A DNA stretch of 64,000 nt from Mobula hypostoma (lineage: Eukaryota): NCBI RefSeq assembly GCF_963921235.1, contig NC_086097.1:248436001-248500000 (forward strand). Reading direction: 5' to 3'. Made by a program: the position numbers and the translations under genes. Positions 13,746-26,900 of the stretch are shown piece after piece. Every line of letters begins with the position of its first letter. Position 1 is the stretch's first letter. The notes below the pieces were generated by a model. The model saw only the letters and a list, made by a program, of their open reading frames with translations. It ran no database searches and had not been told where the DNA came from.

Positions 13746-13853
13746 GATGCGGGCTGGCTCACAGGGGTAAAGGAGTCAGACTGGATCCAATATGGTACTA
13801 CCCACAGTTACAAGGGGCTGTTCCCCAAGAATTTCACTCAGCAACTGGAATAG
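13746..13853 (+). CDS. AMPH: Amphiphysin terminal coding exon (SH3 C-terminal half, stop TAG)
   Basis: tttttccag|GAT; reads DAGWLTGVKESDWIQYGTTHSYKGLFPKNFTQQLE* (AMPH DAGWLVGVKESDW...YKGLFPENFT). Not in the ORF track; translated by hand. Confidence 0.95.
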   Translation, partial: DAGWLTGVKESDWIQYGTTHSYKGLFPKNFTQQLE

Positions 13854-14850
13854 ACTTTGGCCACGGGCTCCGTCGGTGTGGAAGTTACCGGAGAGAAACG
13901 GAGAAAGCAGGACTCTGCTTCCCAAGCCACATGGTCTCCCACAACACAGTTGTGTCCTTGGATTTATCAAAGGGAGGTGCCAGAGGCGCACAGCTTATCC
14001 GCGAGGCTCAACGTATCTAATGATCACAAACACTGAAGTGAGGCGGTGTATATTAGGACACAGGAAGCATGCACTGACCTTGATATAATCTATTTTCAAC
14101 AAGCTATGAAAATGAATATGCATTTCTTTATTAAATCCAACATTCTGTTTGTGTTTCCCTGGAGTTAACGATATTCTTGAATGCACCTCTTCCTGTCGGT
14201 ATAACGGTGGTGTAGTCCTCCCGATGACAACTCCATGTTTTGCACTGTGCATTACGTAAAATCTGCTGCAATGTGTCACATTTCGGTAGCCTATCTAGTC
14301 GATTCTGTGTGTACTTATTAATTTTTGATCTGTTGGCTGCAAATTGTTTTTTTAAAATCTGTACACCCGCAGAGCTGAACAGTCTTTGCAGCGATGTGGG
14401 ATGAGTGATTGTACCGTTGCATCTCCTCACCGTGTGCGTCGCGGCGTTCCCCTCCTCCCAGTATCCGTGCTGGCTCTGTTTTTGAACAAATTCTATTGCT
14501 CTGTTGCCAAAATGAGTCTGGGAAACTGTATTTGTAATGTATTGCGCGTTAAAGGTTATCAGATTCAGAACGATGTTCGAAGGACAAGACTACACCACCT
14601 CCTGGCTTCTTCACTGAATAAATCAACAGGGATTTACAGGGAGAAATGAATCAATGCACCAATTACTGAACACCGTGCCCTCTAGTTATCCTTGTAGCAG
14701 CAGTCTGAAACATTTCATTCCAACTTCGTGGAATATACAGTCACATAAGGATAGGCGTTGTAACCTAGATATTGTATTGTGTAGTCCCATACTGCTCTCC
14801 ATTTCACCACTGCTCATGCTGGAATAAAAAGGTAAACTCAACTTGCTGAC
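13854..14850 (+). other. AMPH: AMPH 3' UTR with candidate poly(A) signals at 14617-14622 and 14823-14828
   Basis: About 1 kb of repeat-free sequence after the stop, with two AATAAA hexamers before CR1 sequence resumes near 14920. Confidence 0.6.
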
Positions 14851-14919
14851 GGTGTCCTGTTATTTAAGGAATTTGAACATATCAGGCCTATGTCTGCAAA
14901 TAACTACAGGATGATTTTT

Positions 14920-16125
14920 AGACCATGAGACCATAGGAGCAGAATTAGGCCAGCTGGCCCATGGAGTCTGTTCCACCATTTCATCATTACTGATCCATTC
15001 CCTCTCACAGCCCAGTCTCCTGCATCCTGCCTCATATCCCTTCATACCCTGACTAATCAAGAACCTATCAACCTCTGCCTTAAATATACCCAATGACTTG
15101 GCCTCCACAACCACCTGTAGCAACGGATTCCACAGATCCACCACTGTCTGACTAAAGAAATTCTTCCTCATCTCCATTCTAAAAGAACTCTCCTCTATTC
15201 TTAGGCTTTGACCTCTGGTCATAGATTCTCCCACCAGAGGAATCATCTTCTCCACATCCACTCAATTAAGACCTTTCACCATTCGATAGGTTTCAATTAG
15301 GTCACCCCTCTTTCTCCTGAATTCCAATGAATAGAAAACCAGAGCCATCAAATGCTCTTCATATGACAAGCCATTCAATCCTGGAATCATTTTTGTGAAC
15401 CTCCTTTGAACCCTCTCCAATGTCAGCACATCCTTTAAGGGGCCCAAAACTGCTCACCAAGTGAGGCATCACCAGTGCTTTATAAAGCCTCAACGTTACA
15501 GCCTCACTTTTCATATTCTATTCCTCTTGAAATGAATGCTAACATCGAATTTGCCTTCCTCACCACAGATTCAACCTGAAAATTAACTTTTGAGAATCCT
15601 GCAGAAGGACTCCAAAGTCCCTTTGCATCTCAGATTTTTGAACTTTCTCTCCAGTTAGAAAACAGTCTACCCTTTCACTTCTTCCACCAAAGTGGAACCG
15701 GTAAGTGTACACTTACCGGCATTGCATTCCATCTACCACTACTTTGCCCATTCTCCTAATCTTTCTCACTCCCTCTGTAGCCAAGACCATAAGGCATTGG
15801 AACAGAATGAGACCATTCAGGCCATCGAGTCTGCTCTGCCATACTATCACGGGTGATCCCAACCCACTCAACCCCATACACCTTCCTTCTTGCCATTTCC
15901 TTTGATGCCCTGACCAATCAAGAAATGATCTAATTCCGCCTTAAATATACCCACAAACTTGGCCTCCACTGCAGTCTGTGACAGAGCATTCCACAGATTT
16001 ACTACTCTCTGGCTAAAAAAAATTCCTCCTTACATTTGTTCTAAAAGGTCGTCCCTCAGGTTTGAGGCTGTGCCCTCTAATTTTGGATACCCCCACCACA
16101 GGAAACATCCTCTCCACATCCATCC
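14920..16125 (-). mobile_element. Two decayed CR1 3' fragments
   Basis: ORFs 14860..15261 and 15262..15447 (LERVQRRFTKMIPG); second 3' end near 15783. Confidence 0.8.
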
Positions 16126-18479
16126 AGTTCCCTTCCACAGTCCAAAGACGTACCGGTTGATAGGTTAATTGGTGATTGTAAGTTGCCCTGTGATTAGGCC
16201 CAGATTAAATCAGGACAGTGTGGCTGCAAGGGCCTTTTCTGCCCTGTATCCCAATAAATAAATAGCCTCTGCAGGTCAGGCAGCATCTATGGAGGGGAAT
16301 AAACAGACAACGTTTCAGGCTGAGACCCTCCAACAGGAAGAGACCTGTCCTGAGGAAGGGTCTCGGCTTGGAACTGTTTATTTCTCTCCACAACCTGGGG
16401 TCCTGGACCTCTTGGTTAATGGTAGGGGTCCATGGCATAAGAAGGCTGGGAACCCCTGTTCTAGATGCTGCCTGGCACACAGCATTTTGTGTGCATTACT
16501 CCATTAATTTGTTCCCTTTCTTAATCTTCACCTAGCAATGCAAACAGCCAGACAGAAGGCATAATTCTATTCTTGGAGTGCCGTTTTTCCACATCTCACT
16601 AAACATATTAAGTCCGCCATGTTTTGCTGCCTTACTTAACTTGTAGGGCAATCCAGTGCACCGCTTGGTACATACATTCTGAAAATGGGCTGACTTTACC
16701 AAGTTTCCAAGTCACTCGACGGAATCTCACTAGAATTTTCAATGTTGTAGCAACTGATTTACACAGACACAGGTCTGTGTACATTTCACTCTGGCCCAGG
16801 AATGGATTACAAATTAAACCATGGAGCAAGCAGGCTGTGTGGCCAAGTTAATAAGAACTCTATGAGGTCCATGGTATTACCGATGAAGTTCAAAGTTGAA
16901 AGTAAATATATTATCGAAGTTTGTTTAAATTCTCCCACTCTCCTCCACACTAGGGGCCAGCTAACCCACACATCTTTGTTCAAAGTGAATTCATTACCGA
17001 AGTATCTATATGCTACCATATACTACCCCGGGATTCGTTTTCCTGCAGGAAAATAAGGAAAAATAATAGAATTTATGAAAAACTAGACATAAACAAAGCC
17101 TGACGAACAACCAATGTGCAAAAGAAAATTGTGCAAATACAAAATAAATGATTCTGAGAGCATGAGGTGCAGAGTCCTTGAAAGTGAGTCTGTAAGTTGC
17201 AGAATTAGTTCAGTGCTGAGGTGAGTGAAGTTATCCATGCTGCTTCAGCAGCCTGGTGGTTGAAGGATAGTAACTGTCCTAAATCTGGTGGTGTGGGACC
17301 TGAGGCTCCTGTACCACCTGCCCAACGGTAGCAACGTAGAGAAAGCATGGCCTGATGGCGGGGGATGGATGAGTGATGCTGCTTCCTTGTGGCAGCGCTC
17401 CAGGTGAATGTGCTCAATGGAACGCTGCCACAAGCAAGCTAATAAATTACAGACAGAAAGCATTATGGTAATGATATCCCGTAATCCCATAACTCAAGTT
17501 CAAATTCTCTTTGGCAGTTTGAGAATTTAATATATTTAATGGAATAAATTAATGAAAGTTGGTGACTGGAACCTTTCACGTTCACCAACATTCCTCACAG
17601 AAGGAAATCCACTCTTCTATCTATAGAAAGATTGGGGGCTTGTCAGAGACGCACATGAGTGTGAAAGAAATGGAAGACTCTGGACATTGTGTAGGCAGAC
17701 GGGATTGGTTTAATCATTCGATTACTAATTTAATGGTATAGGCACAACATTGTGGGCCAAAGGGCCTGTTTCCTGTACTGGACTGTTCTAGTCTGGCTTC
17801 TTCTCTTCAGGCCTTCATGAATCTTCAAATAGACAGCAGTGTGGTTGACTCTAAACTGCTCAATTCAAATCACTTGGCAAACCCCATTCTAACCATGGAC
17901 AGTTAGTAACACGGGATAAACGCTGGCCTCACTATTTGCCCATCCCTTGAACAAAAGTGAAAAGTCATCGAATGTTCCTTACTTGCGTCTTGCAGATAAG
18001 AAAAACATTTCGGCTGGTTGGGAGGTGAACCACGGCTAGACAAGATGCTGCCTCTTTCCTGCTCTTATGGACATAACGTGGATCTCGAGAAAGCAGATGA
18101 AGTAGTTCTGGGTAAATGTAGTATCCAGCACAAAGAGATTTGGTACCCTCCAACCTGTTGGCATGAATAGCGATTTCTCCTTCCAGAAAAAAAGCATTTC
18201 CTCCCCTCCCCTCTTCTTCTATTCCTCACTCTGGCATTCTTCCTCTTCTCTCCTGCCTATTATCTCCTCCCGGGTCCCTTCCTCCTTCCCTTTCTCCTAT
18301 GGTCCACTCTACTCTGCTGTCAGATTCCTTTCTCTCTGGTCATCTATCATCTTCTAGCTACCCTCCTTTCCTTCCCCTCACTTTTTTATTCTGTTGTCTT
18401 CCCCCTTCCTTTCCAGTCCTGAAGAAGTCTCCTGGCCCAAAATGTCGACTGTTCAATCATTTCCATAGATGCTGAGTCT

Positions 18480-21400
18480 CCATAACACCATTAGATATAG
18501 CAGAAGAATTAGGACATTGTTCCCATCGAGTCTGCTCTACCATCTCATCATGGCTGATCCAACTTTCCTATCAGCTCCAGTCTCCTGCCTTCTCCCATAT
18601 CCCATCATGCCCTGACCAATCAAGAGTCTATCAGTCTCTGCCTTAAATATACATAATGACTTGGTCTCCACAGCTGCTTCTGGCAATGAATTCCATAGAA
18701 TCACCACTCTCTGGTTGAAGAAATTCCTCCTCATCTCTGTCCTTCTAAAAGGACACCCCTCTAATCTGAGGCTGTGTTCTCTGGTCTTAGACTCTCCCAC
18801 CATAGGAAACATCCTCTCCATATCCATTCTATCAAGACCATTCACCATTTGATAGGTTTCAATGTCATCCCTCATTCTCCTGAATTCTAGTGAATACAGG
18901 CCCAGAGCCATCAAATGCTCTTCATATGACAAGCCATTCAATCCTGGAATCATTTTCATGAACCTCCTTTGAACCTTCTCCAATTTCAGCATTTCCTTAC
19001 CAAGAGGCCCCAAACTGCTCACAGTAGAAACATAGAAAACCTACAGCACAATACAGACCCTTCGGACCACAAAGTTGTGCCGAACATGTCCCTACCTTAG
19101 AAATGACTAGGCTTACCATAGCCCTCTATTTTTCTAAGCTCCATGTACATATCCAAAAGTATCTTAAAAGATGCTATCGTATCCGCCTCCACCACCATTA
19201 CCGGCAGCCCATTCCATGCACTCACCACTCTCTGAGTAAAAAACTTACCCCTGACATCTCTTCTGTACCTACTCACCAGCACCTTAAACCTGTGTCTTCT
19301 TGTGGCAAACATTTCAGCCCTGGGAAAAAACCTCTGACTATCCACACGATCAATGTCTCTCTTCATCTTATACACCTCTATCAGGTCACCTCTCATCCTC
19401 CATCACTCCAAGGAGAAAAGGCCAAGTTCATTCAACCTATTCTCATAAGGCATGCTCCCCAATCCAGGCAACATCCTTGTAAATCTCCTCTGCACCCTTT
19501 CTATAGTTTCCACATCCTTCCTGTAGTGAAGCAACCAGAACTGAGCACAGTACTCCAAGTGGGGTCTGACCAGGGTCCTATATAGCTGCAACATTACCTC
19601 TCGGCTCCTAAATTCAATCCACAATTGATGAAGGCCAGTACACCGTACGCCTTCTTAACCACAGAGTCAACCTGCGCAGCTGCTTTGAGCATCCTATGGA
19701 CTCGGACCCCAAGATCCTTCTGATCCTCCACACCGTCAAGAGTCTTACCATTAATACCATATTCTGCCATCGTATTTGACCTACCAAAATGAACCACTTC
19801 ACACGTATCTGGGTTGAACTCCATCTGCTACTTCTCAGCCCAGTTTTGCATCCTATCAATGTCCCGCTGTAACCTCTGACAGACCTCCACACTATCCACA
19901 GCACCTCCAACCTTTGTGTCATCAGCAAATTTACTAACCCATCCCTCCACTTCCTCATCCGGGTCATTTATAAAAATCACAAAGAGTAGGGGTCCCAGAA
20001 CAGATCCCTGAGGCACACCACTGGTCACCGGCCTCCGTGCAGAAAATTACCCGTCTACAACCAATACTCCAAGTGAAGCTTCACAAGTGCTTTATAAAGT
20101 CTCATTATTACATCCTTGCTTTTATATTCTAGCGGTCTTGAAATGAATGCTAACATTGCATTTACCTTCCTCACCACAGACTCAACCTGCAAATTAACCC
20201 CCAGGGAATCCTGCACAAGGACTCCCAATTCCCTTTGCACCTCTTTCTCTCCATTTAGAAAATAGTCAACCGATTCATTTCTTCTACCAAAGTGCTTGTC
20301 CCAACACTTTTGCTTCATCTGCCATTTCTTTGCTCATTCTCCTAATCTGTCTTAAATCTTTCTGAGCCTCTCTACTTCCTTAAAACTACCTGCCCCTCCA
20401 CCTATCTTCATATCATCTGCCAACCTTGCAACAAGGCCATTAATTTCACCACCCAAATCACTGACGTATAAAAAGAATCACTTTTAACACAGACCCCTAT
20501 GGAACACCTCAAGTCACTGGCAGCCAGCCAGAAAAGGTGACTTATCTACCTTCAGACCTTTCAATTTCCTAAGAAACTTCTCTCTAATAATGGTAACTTC
20601 ACACATTTCATGACCCCTGACACCTGGGACTTCCACCATACTGTTAGCGTCTTTCACAGTGATGACTGATGCAAACTCCTCTCTCATGCCTCTGTAATTC
20701 CCTTTACTCCACTGTAAATCTGATAAATCTGACTTCAGCTTCTCCCTCTCAAATTGCAGAGTGAATTCAATTATATTATGATCACTTTCCCCTCAGGCTT
20801 CTTCTACTTTAAGCTCTTCTCTAATCAATTCTGGTTCATTGCACAACACCCAATCCAGAATAGCTGATCCTCGTGTGGGCTCAACCACAGGCTGCTCTGA
20901 AAAGCTGTTTTGTGTGCACTCCAGAAACTCCCCCTCCTGGAATCCAGATCAACCTGATCTTCCCGATCTACCTGCATACTGTATTGAAATCCACCATGAC
21001 TATTGTAACATTGCCCCTTTGGCATGCATTTTCTATCTCCCATTGTAATTTGCAGGCCACATCCTTATGACTGTTTGAGGGTCTGTACACAACTCCCGTC
21101 AGGGTCTTTTTACCCTTGCAGTTCCTTAGCTCTATCCACAAAGATTCCGGACCTATATCACCTCTTTCTATTAACTCGATACCTTTTTTCACCAACAGAG
21201 CAACACCACCTCCTCTGCCTTCCTGCCTTTCCATTCAATACAATGTGCTTCGTTGGGCATTAACCTCCCAGCTATAATCTTCTTTCAGCCATGATTCAGT
21301 GATGCCTGCAGCAACTGTGCTACAAGTTCATCTACCTTATTTCATATACTGCACGCATTAAAATATAACACCTTCTGTCCTGACAAAATCAACCATTTTT

Positions 21401-21583
21401 GATTTTGTCCACCTTTTACACGGCAACTCATCCAGTTAACTGAAATCCTTCCCTTTAACAGCCTCTCCTCACTATACATTGCCTCTGTTTGTAAACCAGC
21501 AACCTCATCTTTAGCACTAGCATCCACCTTTCCTACAATGCTTCTTGCATTAACAAATGCGGAGCTCAGGACAGTAGTCACAC
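18480..21583 (-). mobile_element. Old CR1 ORF2 (endonuclease to 3' end) with a nested CR1 at about 19025-20058
   Basis: ORFs 18537..19022, 19097..20028, 20055..20318 and 20968..21234 (RGGGVALLVK, ESLWIEL, GVVYRP = AP endonuclease). Confidence 0.85.
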
Positions 21584-22230
21584 TGTAGTGTTCTCGTGCA
21601 GTGTGTTGAAACTCTGACTAAACACCAAGTTAAACCGGAGCCAATGAAGACAGAGTCGTAGTAAGGTTAACCATTTACTGTTCACTCTTCCACATTAACG
21701 TCGTATGGTGAAAACTGTTGATAAAAAAATACAAACATATACAGCGTCTGTTTCATTCTGGAGACCACACGCACTCTCATCTCTCAGTGAGTGTCTCCAG
21801 CCGCCCCGAGTAGCGGGTGAGGGGTCGCGTCAAACCGCCGTCGGGCTCGAGCCCACCCCGCGTTTGAAATTGAAAAGCCGGCACGCGCGCCGCCCCAACC
21901 GCCGCTTCCTTAACAGAAACCGCGTTAATATTTTTACTTCAAATACATTCTTATGGACTTACAGCGTTGCTTCTATAACGTTTCTTTGTGGGTAGGAACG
22001 GAGCTCTTCACATCATGCCGCCCGCATGGCGCCCACCTTCACACCTTCCCGAACCAAGACGCGGCGAAACTGGAGGTGACGTCATCACATGCCGCGATAT
22101 ACCATAGACAATGGATTTACCTTTGTTATACTGCAACTTAATTATAAACCTTTAACTAGAAAATAGTTACAAACAAATCATTTAAAACGTAGACCCAACA
22201 AAGTCAAATAAATGCCTTAAGGGCAACACA
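21584..22230. mobile_element. Probable solo LTR (647 bp)
   Basis: Begins TGT and ends ACA, flanked by cacac/catac (5-bp TSD, one mismatch); interrupts CR1 sequence; no coding homology seen. Confidence 0.6.
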
Positions 22231-22495
22231 CATACCACGCTCAATCTTTCGAGTCTTAACTTTGTCTGGTGTCTGAGCAACATAACACCATGAGACATAG
22301 AAGCAGAATTAGGCCTTTTGGCCCATCAAGTCTGCTTTACCATTCAATCATGGCTGATCCATTATTTCCCCTCCTCGGCCTTGCTCCGGTAACCTTCGAT
22401 GCCATGTCCAATCAAGAAACTATCAACCCCTGCCTTAAATACACCCAACGACCTGGCCTCCACAGCTGCATGCGGCAACAAATTCCACAAATTCT

Positions 22496-23930
22496 ATAGT
22501 TAGGGGGACAGACAGGCGATTCTGTGGATGCAGGAAAGAAACACGGGTGGTAGTTTGCCTCCCAGGTGCCAGGGTCCGGGATGCTGCTGATCACGTCCAC
22601 AATATCTTGAAGTTGGAAGGTGAACAGCCAGAGGTCGTGGTACCAACGACATAGGTAGGAAAAGGATGTCCCGAAAGCAGACTACAGGGAGTTTGGAAAG
22701 AAGCTGAGAAGCAGGACCACATGGGTAGAAATCTCAGGATTACTGCCTGTGCCACCGCGACAGTGAGTACAGGAGTAGAGTGAGGTGGAGGGTAAATGCG
22801 TGGTTGAGAGATTGGAGCAGCGGGCAGGGGTTCAGATTTCTGGATCATTCAGACCCCTTTAGGGCAATACAATATGGATGGGTTGTATTTGAATCCAAGG
22901 GAGACCAATATCATGGCAGGGAGGTTTGCTAAGGCTATTGGGGAGAGTTTAAGCTAGAATTGCTGGGGAAACTGAACTGAAGAGACAGAGGAAGGGGCGG
23001 TTGGCTCACAAATAGAGAAAGCTTTTAGGCGGTGTGAGAGAGAGGATATGTAGGTGATAGAGAAGGGATGCGCTCAGACCGATGGTTTGAGATGTGTCTA
23101 TTTTAATGCAAGGAGTATTATGAACAAAACGGACAAGCTTAGAGTGTGGATCAGTACTTGGAGCTATGATGTTGTGTACAGGAACCGTGGTGTACAAAAG
23201 CAGTTGAAAATCTGGTCAAGAAGAAAAACATAGAAACATAGCAAAACCTAGAACACAATACAGGCCCTTCGGCTCACAATGTTGTGCCAAACATGTACTC
23301 ACTTTAGAAATTACCTTGGGTTACCCATAGCCCTCTAAAGAAAAGCTCACAAAAGGTTCAAAAAACTTGGTAATGATAGAGATCTAGAAAATTATAAGGC
23401 TAGCAGGAAGGAGTTTAAGATTGAAATTAGGAGAGCCAGAAGGGGCCATGAGAAGGCCTTGGTGAGCAGGATTAAGGAAAACCCCAAGGCATTCTACAAG
23501 TATGTGAAGAACAAGAGGATAAGATGTGAGAGAATAGGACCAATCAAGTGTGACAGTGGAAAAGGGTGTATGGAATCGGAGGAAATAGCAGAGGTACTTA
23601 ATGAGTACGTTGCTTCAGTTTTCACTACGGAAAAGGACCTTGGTGATTGTAGGGATGACTTACAGCACTGCACTGAAAATCTTGAGCATATGGACATTAA
23701 GAAAGAGGGATGAGATATACCCCAGGCTACTGTAGGAGACGAGGGAGGATTTTGCTGAGCCTCTTGCAATGATTTTTGCATCATCAATGGGGACAGGAGA
23801 GGTACCAGAGGATTGGAGGGTTGCAGAAATTGTTCTCTTATTCAAGGAAGGGAGTAGATATAGCCCAGGAGATTATAGATCAGTGAGTCTTACTTCAGTG
23901 GTTGGTATGTTGATGGAGAAGATCCTGAGA
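22496..23930 (+). mobile_element. CR1 fragments: ORF1 esterase/SGNH-like region and ORF2 pieces
   Basis: RGTDRRFCG...CLPGARVRD-type ORF1 sequence at 22500-22950; ORFs 23459..23713 (KENPKAFYKYV) and 23769..23972. Confidence 0.75.
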
Positions 23931-26900
23931 GGCATCTCAGATTTTTGGATTTTCTGCTCATTTAGAAAATAGTCCACACATTTATTTCTACTACCAAAGT
24001 GCATAACCATGCATTTTCCAACCTTGTATTTCATTTGCCAATTTCTTGCCCATTCTACTAATCAAAGTCCTTCTGTAGCCTTCCCGTTTCCTCAATACTA
24101 CCTGCCCCTCCACCAATCTTCATATCATCTGCAAACTTGGCAACAAAGCCATCTATTCCATCATCTAAATCATTGATGAACGTCATAAAAAGAAGTGGTC
24201 CCAATACCAACACCCTCAGAACACCACTAGTCACTGGCAGCCAACCAGAAAAGGATCCTTTTATTCCCACTCGCTGCCTCCTACTAACCAGCCAATGCTC
24301 TAACCATAGCAGTAACTTTTCTGTAATACCACGGGCTCTTAACTTGGTATGCAGCTTCATGTATGGCACCTTGTTAAAGGCCTTCCGAAAACCCAAATGT
24401 ACAACATTCACTGCATCCTCTTTATCTATCCTACTTGTAATTTCCTCAAATAATTTCAGCAGGTTCGTCAGACAAGATTTTCTCTTAAGGAAATCTTGCT
24501 GACGTTGTTGTATCTTGCCCTGTGTCACCGAATACTCCATAACCTCATCCTGAACAATTGACTTCAACATCTTCCCAACTACCGAGGTTGGCTAACTGTC
24601 TATTATTTCCTTTCTGCTGTCTCCTTCCTTAAAACGTGGTGTGACATTTGCAATTTTCCAGTACTCTGGAACCATGCCAGAGTCCAATGATTCTTGATGA
24701 CGCCATAATCTCTTCCACCTCTTTCAGAAGCCTGGAATGCAGTTGATCTGGACCAGGTGACTTACGTAACTTTAGGTCTTTCAGATTTTTGAGCACCTTC
24801 TCCCTTGTAGTAGTAACTCTTCCCTCACACCCTTCAACACCTGGCACACTGCTTGTGTCTTGCACAGTGAAAACTGATCCAAAATACTCATTTAGTTCAT
24901 CTGCCGTCTCCTTGTCCCTGTTATTATTTCTCCGGCCTCATTTTCTAGCGGTCTCTATCATCTCTCGTTTATTTTTTATATATTTGAAAAAGCTTTTTCT
25001 ATTCACCTTGATATTGTTTTCTAGCTTGCTTTCATATTTCATCTTTTGAATCATCCTAATGATTCTTTTAGTTGCTTTCTGTAGGTTTGAAAAGCTTCCC
25101 AGTCGTCTATCTTCCCTCCAAGTTTTGCTATATTTTATGCCCTCTCTTCTGCTTTTACATTAGTTTTAAATTCCCTTGTCAGCCATGGTTGTATTGTTTT
25201 GCTATTTAAGTATTTTTTATGGAATACATCTATCCTGCACCTTCCTTATTTTTTCCAGAAACTCAAGCCATTGCTGCTCTGCTGTCATCCCTGCCAGTTT
25301 CCTCCCAATTTGTTTGGCCAAGTCCTCTCTCATAAAACTGTAATTTCTTTTACTGCTATGTCAGACTTTATTTTCTCCCTATCAAATTTCAAGTTGAACT
25401 CAATCATATTGTGATCACTGCCTTCTAAGGGTTCCTTTACCTTAAGCACCCTAACTGCCTCCAGTTTACTACATAACACCTAATCCAGTATAGCTGATCC
25501 CCCTGTAGGCTCAATGACAAACAGCCATCTCCATAGGCATCAACCAATTCATTCTCTTGAGATCCATTACCAACCTGATTTTCCCAACGTACCAAAATCT
25601 CCCATGGCTATCATAACTTTGCCCTTTTGACATGCCTCTTCTATTTCCCATTGTAATTTGTAGTCCACATCCCAGCTACTGTCTGGAGGCCTATCGATAA
25701 CTGCTATCAACATCCTTTTACCCTTGCTGTTTTACTCAACCTACAAGGGTTCAACATCTTCCGATCCTATGTCACATCTTTCTAATGATTTGATGCATTT
25801 TTTACCAGTAGAGCCACACCACCCCCTCTGCCTACCTTCCTATCCCTCCGATACAATGTGTAACCTTGGACATTCAGCTCCCAACTACAACCACCTTTCA
25901 GCCACGAATCAGTGATGGCCACATCGTACCTGACAATCTGTAAAAGTGCAACAAAATCACCCACCTTATTTGTTATACTCTGTGCATTGAGATATCAACT
26001 TCAAGTTGCTTTTATTGTCATTTCAGCCATAACTGCTGGTACAGTGCACAGTAAAAACGAAATAACGTTCCTTGCGGACCATGGTGCTACACAAAACAAC
26101 ACAAAACTACACTAGACTACTTGAAACAACACAAAACTACACTAGACTACCTGAAACAACACAAAACTACACTAGACTACCTGAAACAACACAAAACTAC
26201 ACTAGACTACGTGAAACAACACAAAACTACATTAGACTTCAGACCTACATGGGACTACATAAAGTGCACAAAACAGTGCAAGACAGTACAATAATTAATA
26301 AACAAGACAATAGGCACAGTAAAAGACAAATTACAATATAATAATAAATGATGTAAATGTAAATAATGTAAATAATGTTTTAGCAGGAATTGAGAAAGAA
26401 AGGAGCAAAAATTGCAAAGGAAGTGGAGTGGTGTTCAGTTGAGTGTGTGTGTGTAGATATAACACTTTGAGTACTGTATTTAAGAACATAGAACATAAGA
26501 AATAGGATCAGGAGTAGGCCACCCGGCCCATCCAGCCTGCCCCACCATTCATGGCTGATCTGTCCGTAAACTCAGCTCCATCTACCAGCCTTTTCCCCAT
26601 AACCCTCGCTACCCTTTTTGATTCTGTATCCCTAATGCACTGATACTCAGCCTCCTGGCTGCAGTTTTGTCTTATCATCTGCCTGCCCTTCCTGACAGTT
26701 TGTCTGCACGCATCTTTTGTTTTTTTTAAACCATCTATCCTATCCTGAGTTTCGGGACGAAACGTCGACTGTGCTTTCTTCCATAGATACTGCCTGGCCT
26801 GCTGAGTTCCTCCAGCATTTTGTGTGTGTTGTGCGAGAATATTGGCCCTCCTTTGGGCTCAGGTGCAACCAAAGAGATCCCAATGACCCAAGAACCTGAA

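Noticed and set aside
13733..14088. ORF-track ORFs overlapping the AMPH last exon
   Set aside because: Alternative frames; the real exon is 13746-13853 in a third frame.
16624..16851. Possible decayed Ig/TCR V segment 3' of AMPH
   Set aside because: No spaced Cys-Trp-Cys framework, no YYC and no RSS.
17994..18112. Acceptor-like and donor-like sites suggesting a + strand exon
   Set aside because: Stops in all three frames and no recognisable homology.
26072..26341. Repetitive ORF (TTQNYTRLPE)n or CRISPR-like array
   Set aside because: Head-to-tail 30-bp minisatellite with no unique spacers, in a eukaryotic context.
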